Source: Candidatus Micrarchaeota archaeon
GTDB lineage: Archaea > Micrarchaeota > Micrarchaeia > Anstonellales > J096
Direction: 5' to 3'
Assembly (NCBI GenBank): GCA_015522475.1
Contig: WAMF01000019.1
Coordinates: forward strand, 5,098 to 69,097
DNA length: 64,000 nucleotides
Shown: positions 1 through 9,307 of the stretch, one piece after another
How positions within the stretch are numbered: position 1 is the stretch's first letter
How the letters are laid out: every line of letters starts with the position of its first letter
Made by a program: the position numbers and the translations under genes
The notes under the pieces: model-generated
The model's input: the letters and a program-made list of their open reading frames with translations, nothing else
What the model was told of the DNA's origin: nothing
The model's database searches: none

Positions 1-1
1 A

Positions 2-760
2 CTATTCATAAAGCGCTATGACATACTCTCTGCTAAAGTGTTTTTCGGCGAGCTTATAAAAGGCAGGAAGCCAGAGGAGATCTGCCCGAAGATGGTATGC
101 GGCACTTTAAACAAAGAGGATTGGCTAGAGATTGTCAAAAGTGAAGCGCCACTAAAAGCATTTATGAGAAAAGTATTTGGCAACTCTGGTTCTAATGAAG
201 CAGGTAAAGTAAGCAAATTAGATGTGGACATGAAAACACTCAACGCAGATAACTTTGTAAAGCTAGCCGAGGCTTTGGACACGCTCTATTTAGAAGAGCT
301 CAAAGACAAAGCGGCGCGATCCAAGGCCTTCCAATTGCTTTTATATGAAGCGGATATTCAGAGGTTGCTGTTAGTAGTGAAGATGCAGAGCAACAACGCG
401 AAGCCAGATGAATTTAAGGAGGCATTGGATGAGATCAAAGCGGGCCTATTAAGCAAAAGGGCTTTTATACAAGCGTTCAAAGACAAGAAGAGGTTAAAAG
501 AGTTGTTGAAGCTGTTTGGCATAGAAGGCAAAGCTGGAGAAAACGAAGGCCAAGAAAACATGGCTGAGCTTTATCATAAGATAAAAAGGCAAGTGGCTAA
601 GCAGAACAAACATACATATTCTATGACATATTTCTCTATAGACAGGACGCTCACGTTCCTCTTACTGCTAGAAGAGGAAATCAAAAATATAAAGCGCATA
701 GTGGTGGCAAAGCAGCTCGGCATGAGCAAAGAAGATGTGCTGAAAAGTATAGTCGTATAA
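2..760 (+). CDS. atpC: A/V-type ATP synthase subunit C (5' end outside window)
   Basis: Frame is open to the window edge. C-terminal 'LLLEEEIKNIKRIVVAKQLGMSKEDV' is typical of AtpC/NtpC. Lies directly before subunits F, A, B, D. Confidence 0.8.
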   Translation, partial: LFIKRYDILSAKVFFGELIKGRKPEEICPKMVCGTLNKEDWLEIVKSEAPLKAFMRKVFGNSGSNEAGKVSKLDVDMKTLNADNFVKLAEALDTLYLEELKDKAARSKAFQLLLYEADIQRLLLVVKMQSNNAKPDEFKEALDEIKAGLLSKRAFIQAFKDKKRLKELLKLFGIEGKAGENEGQENMAELYHKIKRQVAKQNKHTYSMTYFSIDRTLTFLLLLEEEIKNIKRIVVAKQLGMSKEDVLKSIVV

Positions 761-787
761 AAGAGAGAAATGAAGAGGTGGGCAGTG

Positions 788-1195
788 ATGAAAGACGAGA
801 GGAAGGCTGTAGAAAAAGAGAAAGGAGAGAAAAAGATAGAAAAGCAGGAGCTACAGACAGACAAGAGAATAGCAGCCTGTGGGGACAAGTTGTTTGCCAC
901 AGCATTTAAACTAGCGGGCATAGAAGACGTGTTCGAGTTGGATCCTCAAGGGAATGAAGCAGAGCTTGTTAAGGCCATAGAAGCATTGTTAAACGATGAA
1001 ACGGCAAAAGAACGCTTCGCCTTAATAATACTCCAAGACAGCGTCGCCGAAAGACTGTCACATAGACTAAGGAAGGCTGTAGAAGCTTCAACACAACCCC
1101 TATTCATAATCATTTCCCTCGAAGGGAGGGAGATGGAAGAAGGCGGCTCCATAAGAGAGCTTGTCAAAAAGGCTCTCGGTATAGAGCTTAAGTAA
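788..1195 (+). CDS. atpF: A/V-type ATP synthase subunit F
   Basis: 'IAACGDKLFATAFKLAGIE...IRELVKKALGIEL' and operon position. Start chosen downstream of the GAGGTG SD at 775-780 (ORF track starts at 770). Confidence 0.88.
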   Translation: MKDERKAVEKEKGEKKIEKQELQTDKRIAACGDKLFATAFKLAGIEDVFELDPQGNEAELVKAIEALLNDETAKERFALIILQDSVAERLSHRLRKAVEASTQPLFIIISLEGREMEEGGSIRELVKKALGIELK

Positions 1196-1269
1196 GCGGT
1201 TGGTTAAATTGAACCGAATAGACAAGTTGGCATAAGTTGAACATGTTAATGAATGTTAATGGTGATCAT

Positions 1270-3003
1270 ATGGTAAAGAAAGGAAAGATCGTGAGGGTTG
1301 CTGGCCCTGTAGTGCAGGCAAAAGGTATAGATGCTAGCATGTACGACGTGGTTAGAGTCGGTGAAGAACAACTCATAGGAGAAGTGATAAAAATCGTCGG
1401 CAATGTGAGTGTCATACAGGTTTACGAAGACACGGCTGGCCTAAAGCCCGGAGACCCCGTCGTAGGAACGGGCATGCCTCTAGCTGTTGAACTAGGCCCT
1501 GGTATACTGAAGAACATATACGACGGCATTCAAAGGCCCTTGGAAGTCATAGCAGAAGAGAGTGGTACATACATAAAAAGAGGCGCCGTTGCTGCGCCCT
1601 TAGACAGAAAGAAGAAATGGACCTTCAAGCCCCTTGTCAAAAAAGGCGACAAAATAAGACGAGGAGCGATCATAGGCACTGTCCAAGAAACAGATCTCAT
1701 AGAGCACAGAGTGCTTAGCCCCTACGACGGCACAGTAAAAAGCATAAAGGAAGGCTCCTTTACAGTCGAAGATGAGATTGGCGAGATAGAGCACATGGGC
1801 CAAAAGAAGGCGCTCAGATTAAGCCACCGTTGGCCCGTCAGAAGGGCAAGGCCTTTTGTAGAGAAGCAGCCGCCCAACGTGCTCTTAACTACAGGTATGC
1901 GTGTCATTGATACATTTTTCCCCATAGCAAAGGGCGGCACGACAGCCATTCCAGGACCATTCGGCAGCGGAAAAACTGTTACACAGCAGAGCCTAGCTAA
2001 GTGGAGTGACGCAGATGTCGTCGTATACGTAGGCTGCGGAGAGCGTGGCAACGAGATGACAGAAGTTCTGCATGAGTTCCCCAAGCTAACAGACCCACGC
2101 AGCGGGAAGCCACTCTTAGAAAGAACTGTCCTTATAGCCAACACAAGCAACATGCCCGTCGCTGCTAGGGAAGCAAGCATATACACAGGCATAACGCTAG
2201 CAGAGTACTATAGAGACATGGGCTATTCAGTAGCGTTAATGGCAGACTCAACAAGTAGATGGGCTGAAGCACTTCGTGAAATCGGCGGTCGTTTAGAAGA
2301 GATGCCCGGCGAGGAAGGTTATCCTGCTTATCTAGCTAGAAAACTAGCGGAGTTCTACGAGAGGAGTGGAAGAGTGGAAACGCTATCCGGTAAAGAAGGA
2401 AGTGTTACAATAATAGGAGCTGTATCGCCTCCTGGCGGAGACCTTTCAGAGCCTGTGAGCCAAAACACACTCAGAGTTGTCAAGGTTTTCTTAGCTCTCG
2501 ACGCGAGCTTAGCCCAACGCAGGCACTTTCCAGCCATAAACTGGCTAACCAGTTATTCTCTATACAAAGACGGCTTGATGGAGTGGTTTGCTAAAAACGT
2601 ATCAGAGGAGTTTGTGCAGAGAAGAGATGAAGCCATGAAGCTTCTGCAAAGAGAAGCAGAGCTGCAAGAAATCGTTCAGCTTGTCGGGCCGGACGCGCTT
2701 CCAGACAAAGAGCAGCTCATACTCATAGTGACGAGGATGTTGAGAGAAGACTTCTTACAACAAAACGCCTTCCATGAAGTAGATATGTACTGCACTCTCG
2801 AGAAAGCAGATGCCATGCTTGCAAACATACTCGAGTTTTACAGGCAAGGATTGGCCACGCTCGAGAGAGGTGTGGAAATAAAAAGCATAGCAAACGCCAA
2901 CGTCGTAGAAGAAATCGGAAGGATGAAGTACTTAGAACACGTGAAGGATGTTAAAGCCATAAAGGAGAGGATTGCCAAAGAGCTGGGCAACCTCTCTGCA
3001 TAA
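1270..3003 (+). CDS. atpA: A/V-type ATP synthase catalytic subunit A
   Basis: Walker [47 protein letters not shown] before ATG 1270. No intein. Confidence 0.98.
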   Translation: MVKKGKIVRVAGPVVQAKGIDASMYDVVRVGEEQLIGEVIKIVGNVSVIQVYEDTAGLKPGDPVVGTGMPLAVELGPGILKNIYDGIQRPLEVIAEESGTYIKRGAVAAPLDRKKKWTFKPLVKKGDKIRRGAIIGTVQETDLIEHRVLSPYDGTVKSIKEGSFTVEDEIGEIEHMGQKKALRLSHRWPVRRARPFVEKQPPNVLLTTGMRVIDTFFPIAKGGTTAIPGPFGSGKTVTQQSLAKWSDADVVVYVGCGERGNEMTEVLHEFPKLTDPRSGKPLLERTVLIANTSNMPVAAREASIYTGITLAEYYRDMGYSVALMADSTSRWAEALREIGGRLEEMPGEEGYPAYLARKLAEFYERSGRVETLSGKEGSVTIIGAVSPPGGDLSEPVSQNTLRVVKVFLALDASLAQRRHFPAINWLTSYSLYKDGLMEWFAKNVSEEFVQRRDEAMKLLQREAELQEIVQLVGPDALPDKEQLILIVTRMLREDFLQQNAFHEVDMYCTLEKADAMLANILEFYRQGLATLERGVEIKSIANANVVEEIGRMKYLEHVKDVKAIKERIAKELGNLSA

Positions 3004-3045
3004 GGTATAATTAAGGTGAGATGAAAAAGTAAAGCTGGTGGAAAC

Positions 3046-4446
3046 ATGAAGGAATATACAAGCATTTCAGAAATCGCGGGTCCTCTTGTATTCGTAGAGG
3101 ATGTTGAAGGTGTCGCTTATGGCGAGATTGTAGAAATAGAGCTAGGCAACGGCGAAAGGAGAAAGGGGCAGGTCCTCGACATTTCAGAAAAGATAGCTGT
3201 GGTCCAAGTCTTTGGCCCTACAGAAGGTATAAGCACGGGCAGCGCCGTCCGCTTTTTAGGCGAGACGATGAAGATAGGTGTAAGCGAAGAAATGCTGGGC
3301 AGGGTTTTCTCTGGTCTCGGCGTGCCCATAGATAATGCTCCGGCTCCTGTAGCAGAAGAAAGGCTAGACGTGAATGGACTGCCTATAAACCCAGCAAGCA
3401 GGGCCCCTCCTTCTGACTTTATACAGACGGGCATTTCAACAATCGACGGCATGAATACGCTAGTCAGAGGACAAAAGCTCCCCCTATTCAGTGCTGCTGG
3501 TTTACCCCACAACAAGCTAGCTGTGCAAATAGCAAGGCAAGCAAAGGTCCTCGGCGAAAATGAACAGTTCGTAGTCGTTTTCGCTGCCATAGGTATTACT
3601 CACGAAGAAGCCCACTTCTTCATCCGCGACTTTGAAAGAACGGGTGCTTTGGAAAGGGCTGTGCTCTTCTTAAACCTAGCCAACGACCCATCTGTCGAGA
3701 GGCTCATAACACCACGTATAGCGCTCACAACCGCTGAATACCTAGCTTTTGAAAAAGACATGCACGTCCTAGTAATCATGACAGATATTACAAACTACGC
3801 AGAGGCTTTGAGGGAAGTTTCAGCAGCTAGAAACGAAGTGCCCGGAAGGAGAGGTTACCCCGGTTACATGTATACAGATTTGGCCATGCTTTACGAGAGG
3901 GCAGGAAGGGTTCAAGGCAAGAAGGGCACACTCACACAGATTCCCATACTAACGATGCCCGGCGACGACAAAACACATCCCATTCCAGACTTAACGGGCT
4001 ACATTACAGAAGGCCAAATAGTGCTCAGCAGAGATTTGTATAGAAAAGGCATATATCCGCCCGTAGATCCCTTGCCCAGTCTCAGCAGGCTTATGAGCTC
4101 TGGTATAGGCCCTGAAAAAACAAGGGAAGATCACGCGAGGCTTAGCGACCAGCTCTACGCTGCATACGCCAACGGTAGAGACTTAAGGGCTTTATCCGCT
4201 GTTGTTGGTGAAGGAGCACTCTCAGACACTGACAGAAAATACTTGCACTTCGCCGACGCATTTGAAAAGCAATTCATAACCCAAGGTTACAGAGAAGACC
4301 GCTCAATAGAAAGAACGCTCGACATAGGCTGGGAACTCCTGTCAATACTTCCAGAAAGAGAGCTCAAGAAGGTCAAGAAGGAGTTCATAGAAAAGTACAT
4401 GAAGAAAGCAGTGGAGAAGGAAAAGAAAGAGGCAGGCAAGCAGTAA
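3046..4446 (+). CDS. atpB: A/V-type ATP synthase subunit B
   Basis: [50 protein letters not shown]. Confidence 0.98.
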   Translation: MKEYTSISEIAGPLVFVEDVEGVAYGEIVEIELGNGERRKGQVLDISEKIAVVQVFGPTEGISTGSAVRFLGETMKIGVSEEMLGRVFSGLGVPIDNAPAPVAEERLDVNGLPINPASRAPPSDFIQTGISTIDGMNTLVRGQKLPLFSAAGLPHNKLAVQIARQAKVLGENEQFVVVFAAIGITHEEAHFFIRDFERTGALERAVLFLNLANDPSVERLITPRIALTTAEYLAFEKDMHVLVIMTDITNYAEALREVSAARNEVPGRRGYPGYMYTDLAMLYERAGRVQGKKGTLTQIPILTMPGDDKTHPIPDLTGYITEGQIVLSRDLYRKGIYPPVDPLPSLSRLMSSGIGPEKTREDHARLSDQLYAAYANGRDLRALSAVVGEGALSDTDRKYLHFADAFEKQFITQGYREDRSIERTLDIGWELLSILPERELKKVKKEFIEKYMKKAVEKEKKEAGKQ

Positions 4447-4559
4447 CACGGGCAACAAGCAGAACACAGCAGATAGTAGCGGCTAGAAAAGAGTAAGAAG
4501 ATAGGTAATAAATGTGAGGAAGCAAAAAGAATACTGGACCAAAAGAAGAAGGTGGAGAA

Positions 4560-5168
4560 ATGGCGCAGATTATACCGACGAGAATGGAGTTGCTTAAAGT
4601 AAAGGGGCGCATAAAGCTAGCCTCAAAGGGGCACAGCTTGCTCAAGCGCAAACGAGACGTACTCATAATGGAGCTTTTCTCCATACTCAAAAAGGCAAAG
4701 GATGTAAGGGCTGAGTTGAACGAGATGTTAAAAGAAGCGCATGTATATCTCTACTACACACTCACTGAATACATGGATGCTGAAATAGCATCCTTTGCTG
4801 CATCGACGCTCTTGAACTACACGCTCGAAGTAAAGACAAAAAACGTCATGGGTGTGCACATACCGGAAATGGCATTCAAAGTTAAAGGCTTAAAGAGGCC
4901 CAAGAACATGCCTCCCCTCGTCGACTTTGTGATTGAAAAGTACATAGAAATCCTCAAGCACATAATAGCTACAGCAGAAGTAGAGGTTGTAGTAAAACGC
5001 TTACTGGCTGAGATAGAAACGACGAAGAGGCGCGTGAACGCCCTCGAATATGTGGTTATACCCTCTCTAGAAGAGCAGAAAAAACTCATTTCTCAAAAGT
5101 TAGAAGAGCTCGAAAGAGACGCGTTTGTGAGCCTCAAAAGCTTAAAAAGCAAGATGGCCAATAGATAA
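4560..5168 (+). CDS. atpD: A/V-type ATP synthase subunit D
   Basis: PTRMELL...GHSLLKRKRD and EIETTKRRVNALEYVVIP motifs. Confidence 0.96.
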   Translation: MAQIIPTRMELLKVKGRIKLASKGHSLLKRKRDVLIMELFSILKKAKDVRAELNEMLKEAHVYLYYTLTEYMDAEIASFAASTLLNYTLEVKTKNVMGVHIPEMAFKVKGLKRPKNMPPLVDFVIEKYIEILKHIIATAEVEVVVKRLLAEIETTKRRVNALEYVVIPSLEEQKKLISQKLEELERDAFVSLKSLKSKMANR

Positions 5169-5251
5169 GGTAAAAGTTAAGTAAGCAGAAGAGTTGCAAG
5201 ACTGGCCCACTATAAGCGCCATGAGCAACTTTGCTGATAGTAAGAGGTAAG

Positions 5252-5318
5252 CTGCGTGCAGTGATGATATGAACAATCTCTGAATCGTGATGAGGCTGAC
5301 AGCGGCTGATGCACGCGG
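5252..5318 (+). ncRNA. Box C/D 2'-O-methylation guide sRNA
   Basis: C box GTGATGA 5261-67, D' CTGA 5280-83, C' GTGATGA 5287-93, D CTGA 5306-09. Two 12-nt guides. 9-bp terminal stem CTGCGTGCA/TGCACGCGG. Confidence 0.92.
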
Positions 5319-5450
5319 AACACAAGCCAAGGGCAACGTTTAAAAACAAACAGAGAGCTTAATCATTAAGGCAAGTAAGATATCATGCTAATAACATACC
5401 CCTACAACAATACAGCAAGATAAATAAGAAAGTAGGAAGGGGGTGAGAAG

Positions 5451-5876
5451 ATGAGGGTTTTTGACCCTGAAGAACATATGAAGGCTTTTGAGGAATATAT
5501 GAAGCACGTCTTTGGTAGGGATTTTGGCAAAGAGATTGGTGTGTTTGGCATAAAACGCGCACCAACGCTAAACACATATAAAGAGAAGAACGCCATTGTG
5601 TATGAGCTAGACTTCCCCGGCTTCAAAAAGGACGAAGTGAAAGCCTATGTAGAAGACGGCTTATTAATTATTGAGGGACAGAAAAAGGAGGAGAAAAGCG
5701 AAAAAGAGAAACATTATATATATCAAGAGAGAGCCATATCAAAGCTCAGACGAGAGATTGCACTCCCGGAGAATGCTGACGAGAAAAAGATATCTGCTGA
5801 ATTCAAAGACGGCGTGCTTCGTGTGAAAGTGCCCTTAAAGAAAGAGAAGAAGGCCAAGCGCATAAGCATAAAATAA
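5451..5876 (+). CDS. Small heat shock protein Hsp20
   Basis: Alpha-crystallin motifs DFPGFKKDEV, AEFKDGVLRVKVP and C-terminal ISI. TATA-like TTTAAAAA near 5339 and a GGGTGAG SD. Confidence 0.95.
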   Translation: MRVFDPEEHMKAFEEYMKHVFGRDFGKEIGVFGIKRAPTLNTYKEKNAIVYELDFPGFKKDEVKAYVEDGLLIIEGQKKEEKSEKEKHYIYQERAISKLRREIALPENADEKKISAEFKDGVLRVKVPLKKEKKAKRISIK

Positions 5877-5968
5877 AGTAAGCACAACGGAAAAAGTAGC
5901 GCTAGAATAGAGCAAATAAAAAAGAAAAAGAGCAGAAAAAGGAGAGGGGTTAGGAAAGTTTCCCGCCG

Positions 5969-6793
5969 TCAGAAAAGCAATACAGTCCCATAGAAAAGCG
6001 CCAACAGAAAGCCGCCTAATAAAAAGGGCATGAAGGGCAGCATGCCCCCATACACTTTAACTTTTTTTATGCCCGCTTTTTTCAAACGCTCTATAACGCT
6101 AGCGGTGAGCACGTTTTTCCAGCCTATATATGAAGAAAGCTTCTCTACTTCTTCGTCGGCAAGCACCTCCTCCCTGGCCTTCTTAAGAGGCATCTCAACA
6201 ATCATAAGATCTTTAACATCATCAACAAATAGGCCAACAAACGTCGCTGCAATGGAGAGAATGGCGAGCATAGCCAAGAAGAGCATATTCTGCATGGGCA
6301 ACTGCGCGTACACATACCAAAAGAGAAGGAAGCTTATGAATATGAGGAGGTTCATCCACTTTATCTTCTTCTTTATGCCGCGCTTCCACAGCTTAAATCC
6401 AAAGTAAAGCGCCGCAAACAAGGCAAAGAATACGCCCCCGTATATAAGCACGACAAGTATAAAGGGAAAGGCAAAGAGTGCATTAGGAAGCGTCGGTATA
6501 AGGACAGAGATCTCCGCTAATAAGATAGGGTCTGCCAACCCCATAACACCCTTAATATAAAGTAGATAACCGAAGGCAACAATGATTAAAGCCTGTATAG
6601 AGCCATACAAGAAGTCAGAAGATGGAAGTGTAAAGAAAGCTACTAAGAAGGAAATGCCAAGGCTCCAAACAAGGAACTCATCAGGAATATTTTTGTTATT
6701 CAACAAGTCATAAGCAGAAGCTATAAGCAGAAAGAGGCCACCGAGGCTAGCCCTAACAAGAAAAGAGAGCGCTGTCGACAAAGCAAGCATCAT
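5969..6793 (-). CDS. Class III signal (prepilin/prearchaellin) peptidase, A24 family
   Basis: 'ASAYDL...IPD' and 'MGLADP' (GxGD-like) aspartates. Multiple TM helices. C-terminal 'PFMPFLLGGF'. Confidence 0.85.
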   Translation of the reverse strand: MMLALSTALSFLVRASLGGLFLLIASAYDLLNNKNIPDEFLVWSLGISFLVAFFTLPSSDFLYGSIQALIIVAFGYLLYIKGVMGLADPILLAEISVLIPTLPNALFAFPFILVVLIYGGVFFALFAALYFGFKLWKRGIKKKIKWMNLLIFISFLLFWYVYAQLPMQNMLFLAMLAILSIAATFVGLFVDDVKDLMIVEMPLKKAREEVLADEEVEKLSSYIGWKNVLTASVIERLKKAGIKKVKVYGGMLPFMPFLLGGFLLALFYGTVLLF

Positions 6794-6844
6794 AGGGACA
6801 TGTTGAGTGGAAACATATATAAATGCTTTTTATCCATCTCCTTT

Positions 6845-7735
6845 GTGTTATATGAGCTTATACTAACCCTCTTGCTCTATCTTGGAGTGGAGACCTTCAT
6901 AAAGTACAGAGAGGAGGAAAAGCTTAGCTACCTCCTCATAGGTGGTGTCTTTCTCTTTGCCTTCTTCAACCTCTGGCTTTTCTTATACGGCAAAGTGCTG
7001 AGAGAATTCTACACTATATTCAACATAGGCCTGAATGCTTTACCCATACTTGTGCTTGTTCTCCTTTACTACATAGAGGCACAGCGCCGGAAAACACTCA
7101 GCTATTTCTCACGCTACGTGGACGAAAGCCTAGTTAAGGAACTGCTCAAAAAGCCCATAAAAATGGGAGGTGAGAAGAGAGAAGCGCTCATTATATTCAC
7201 AGATGTGAGGGGCTTTACAGCCATGTCTGAAAGGCTAGAGCCGGAGGACGTCGTCGAAATCCTCAACGGCCACTTTCATATCATAACAGACAAAGCCAAG
7301 AAGTGGAAGGGGACACTCCTCAAATTTATAGGAGACGCTGCCATGATTGCTTTCAATATTCCCTATTCACAAGAAGACTTTGAGGAGCGGGCCTTTGCCA
7401 TGTCAAAAGAAATTATAGAGGGGTTGAAGGTATATGCCAAAGAGATTAAGGGAAAGTATGGCTTAGACTTTGCCATAGGTATAGGTATGAATGAGGGCGA
7501 GCTCGTCGTCGGCAATATAGGTTCGGAGATGCAGATGGATTATACAGTCATAGGTGATGTCGTCAACACAGCCTCACGCCTCAACGGTGTGGCAAAGGCA
7601 TGGGAAATTGTTATGCCTCTTGCCTTAGCTAAAAAGCTTGAAAAGAAGGGAAAACTAAAAATAAGCAGAACGCACATAAAAAAGGTTGAGGTTAAAGGCA
7701 AGAGCAAGCCACTGGAGGTGTATGTATGGAGATAA
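6845..7735 (+). CDS. Membrane-anchored class III adenylyl cyclase
   Basis: FTDVRGFT, KFIGDA, GNIGSEMQMDYTVIGDVVNTASRL, VKGKSKPLEVY. K and D specificity residues indicate ATP. About 3 N-terminal TM helices. Probable GTG start at 6845 after TATA ATATATAAA (ORF track starts at 6800). Confidence 0.93.
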   Translation: MLYELILTLLLYLGVETFIKYREEEKLSYLLIGGVFLFAFFNLWLFLYGKVLREFYTIFNIGLNALPILVLVLLYYIEAQRRKTLSYFSRYVDESLVKELLKKPIKMGGEKREALIIFTDVRGFTAMSERLEPEDVVEILNGHFHIITDKAKKWKGTLLKFIGDAAMIAFNIPYSQEDFEERAFAMSKEIIEGLKVYAKEIKGKYGLDFAIGIGMNEGELVVGNIGSEMQMDYTVIGDVVNTASRLNGVAKAWEIVMPLALAKKLEKKGKLKISRTHIKKVEVKGKSKPLEVYVWR

Positions 7736-8190
7736 AATGGCCGTCCTTCCTATTCGGAGAATGCCTATACAAACAAGCAGGTCTTTTAATCTTGGCTATC
7801 CTCCTCATAGGCATTCCGACGCCCTTTTCTCTGCCCAGCTCTCTAGGCCCCTATATAAACAACATTGGGTGGCTTCTCGCCTTTACAACGCTCATACTCT
7901 TCGCGGCCCATCTCAGCCACATAGATATAGACCTCTATGCCAGCATTATAGGAAGCGTGCTCCTCTTCACATACGTCCTTGTTTTGGTCGTTAGCTTCAT
8001 AAACGGATGGATCAAGGCTGGAGGCATCGTCGTAAAGATGTTCGCAACCATCGTCACATACTATGCAATAGTTGTTTTGGCTTATCAAGCTCGCCGCCTC
8101 ACAGCTATGAAGAGAAAAACGCTCATAGGCCTTCTCTTTGCCATCTTATGGTTCTTGTTCTACTTCGTCGGTATTTCGCAGCTCAAGTAG
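7726..8190 (+). CDS. Hypothetical polytopic membrane protein (about 5 TM)
   Basis: Hydrophobic 154-aa ORF overlapping the cyclase 3' end by 10 nt, with a GGAGGTG SD inside the cyclase gene. Confidence 0.75.
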   Translation: MEIKWPSFLFGECLYKQAGLLILAILLIGIPTPFSLPSSLGPYINNIGWLLAFTTLILFAAHLSHIDIDLYASIIGSVLLFTYVLVLVVSFINGWIKAGGIVVKMFATIVTYYAIVVLAYQARRLTAMKRKTLIGLLFAILWFLFYFVGISQLK

Positions 8191-8343
8191 GTAGTTAACA
8201 GATGGAGCAAATGCGGCAAATGGGGCAATGAGATAGAAAGTACTTGCAAAAAGGACCGTAAAAGAGTATGTGAGTATATGAAAAAGCAAGCTAGGGGGTG
8301 CGCAAGGGGAAAGTTTTTAAGCCTTCTATACAAACGTGTAAGC

Positions 8344-8949
8344 ATGGCAATACCAACAGGCATTGAAGATCTGAATAGTGTCCTCTTGGGTGGAATACCC
8401 GATGATTCCATAGTGCTTATTTCCTTCGACAACCTAGATATGGCAAAGCTCGTAGCTGATTTGATATATGGGGGCCAAAAACAAGCCGCTCTCGTCACTA
8501 CAGATGCATCACCAGCTGATTTCAAAAACGAAAAGTATGTGTTTGTCGACGCATACTCTGAGCAAAATGGCCTAACGCCACGCACAACAGACTTCCCTGT
8601 TACAGGGGCTGGCTACATAAACGATATGTCACTCAACCTTTCTGAAATTAAAGGCAAGTATAATTTAGAAGCGATCGTCGTATTTACTCTATCAACGCTG
8701 CTCAAAGAAAATCCAAAAGACGCCGTTTACAAGTTTATAGATGTGACAAAGGGTAGAGTGCCCGACGGCTTCCTGGCTCTTTTTGTTAATAGGCTGGAAA
8801 CAAGCAATCAAGACATGGCAAAGCTCAAAGCGCTCGCCACACTCACAATGGAGCTAGCCATAGCAGAAGACAAGCTTATAGTCACAAGCACGCGCTTCCC
8901 TCTGCCATTAAAGTTCGAAAGAGAAGGCAGAGCTTTAGAGGCTATTTAA
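8344..8949 (+). CDS. KaiC/RAD55-like RecA-superfamily protein with degenerate Walker A
   Basis: N-terminal 'IPTGIEDLNSVLLGGIP', plus 'FVDAYS' and 'TLSTLL' as in KaiC/RAD55. The GxxGxGKT position reads 'SFDNLDMAKL'. Start is after TATA TTTTTAAG near 8314. Confidence 0.75.
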   Translation: MAIPTGIEDLNSVLLGGIPDDSIVLISFDNLDMAKLVADLIYGGQKQAALVTTDASPADFKNEKYVFVDAYSEQNGLTPRTTDFPVTGAGYINDMSLNLSEIKGKYNLEAIVVFTLSTLLKENPKDAVYKFIDVTKGRVPDGFLALFVNRLETSNQDMAKLKALATLTMELAIAEDKLIVTSTRFPLPLKFEREGRALEAI

Positions 8950-8973
8950 GCCATTCAAAAAGAAGGTGAAAAC

Positions 8974-9237
8974 ATGAAAATCCTTATAGTCGATTTTGAT
9001 GGCAACATAATACAGGGCGACAAGAATGCACTAGATGAGATTACTATTAAATCTATACTTAAGACGGCGCTCGCAGCTAGGAAGATTGCCAAAGCTGTGA
9101 AAGACGAGCTTAGATATATTAAGCTGAATATGAAGGATAACGCTATTGTCCTTGGCTTCGAAGACGCGCATATCGTAATAAACATAGCGGAGACGCCTGT
9201 AGAAGTGGCAGAGGCCATAGACCGCTTCTCAAAATAA
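8974..9237 (+). CDS. Small protein, possible Roadblock/LC7-like fold
   Basis: 'ILIVDFDGNII'-helix-three-strand pattern. AAGGTGA SD. Follows the KaiC-like gene. Confidence 0.5.
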   Translation: MKILIVDFDGNIIQGDKNALDEITIKSILKTALAARKIAKAVKDELRYIKLNMKDNAIVLGFEDAHIVINIAETPVEVAEAIDRFSK

Positions 9238-9307
9238 GGAGAGGTCTTAAGGGCATCTAATTTAACTAATTAACTGATTGGGCAAACTGAGCCTCAGCTT
9301 TATCTTG

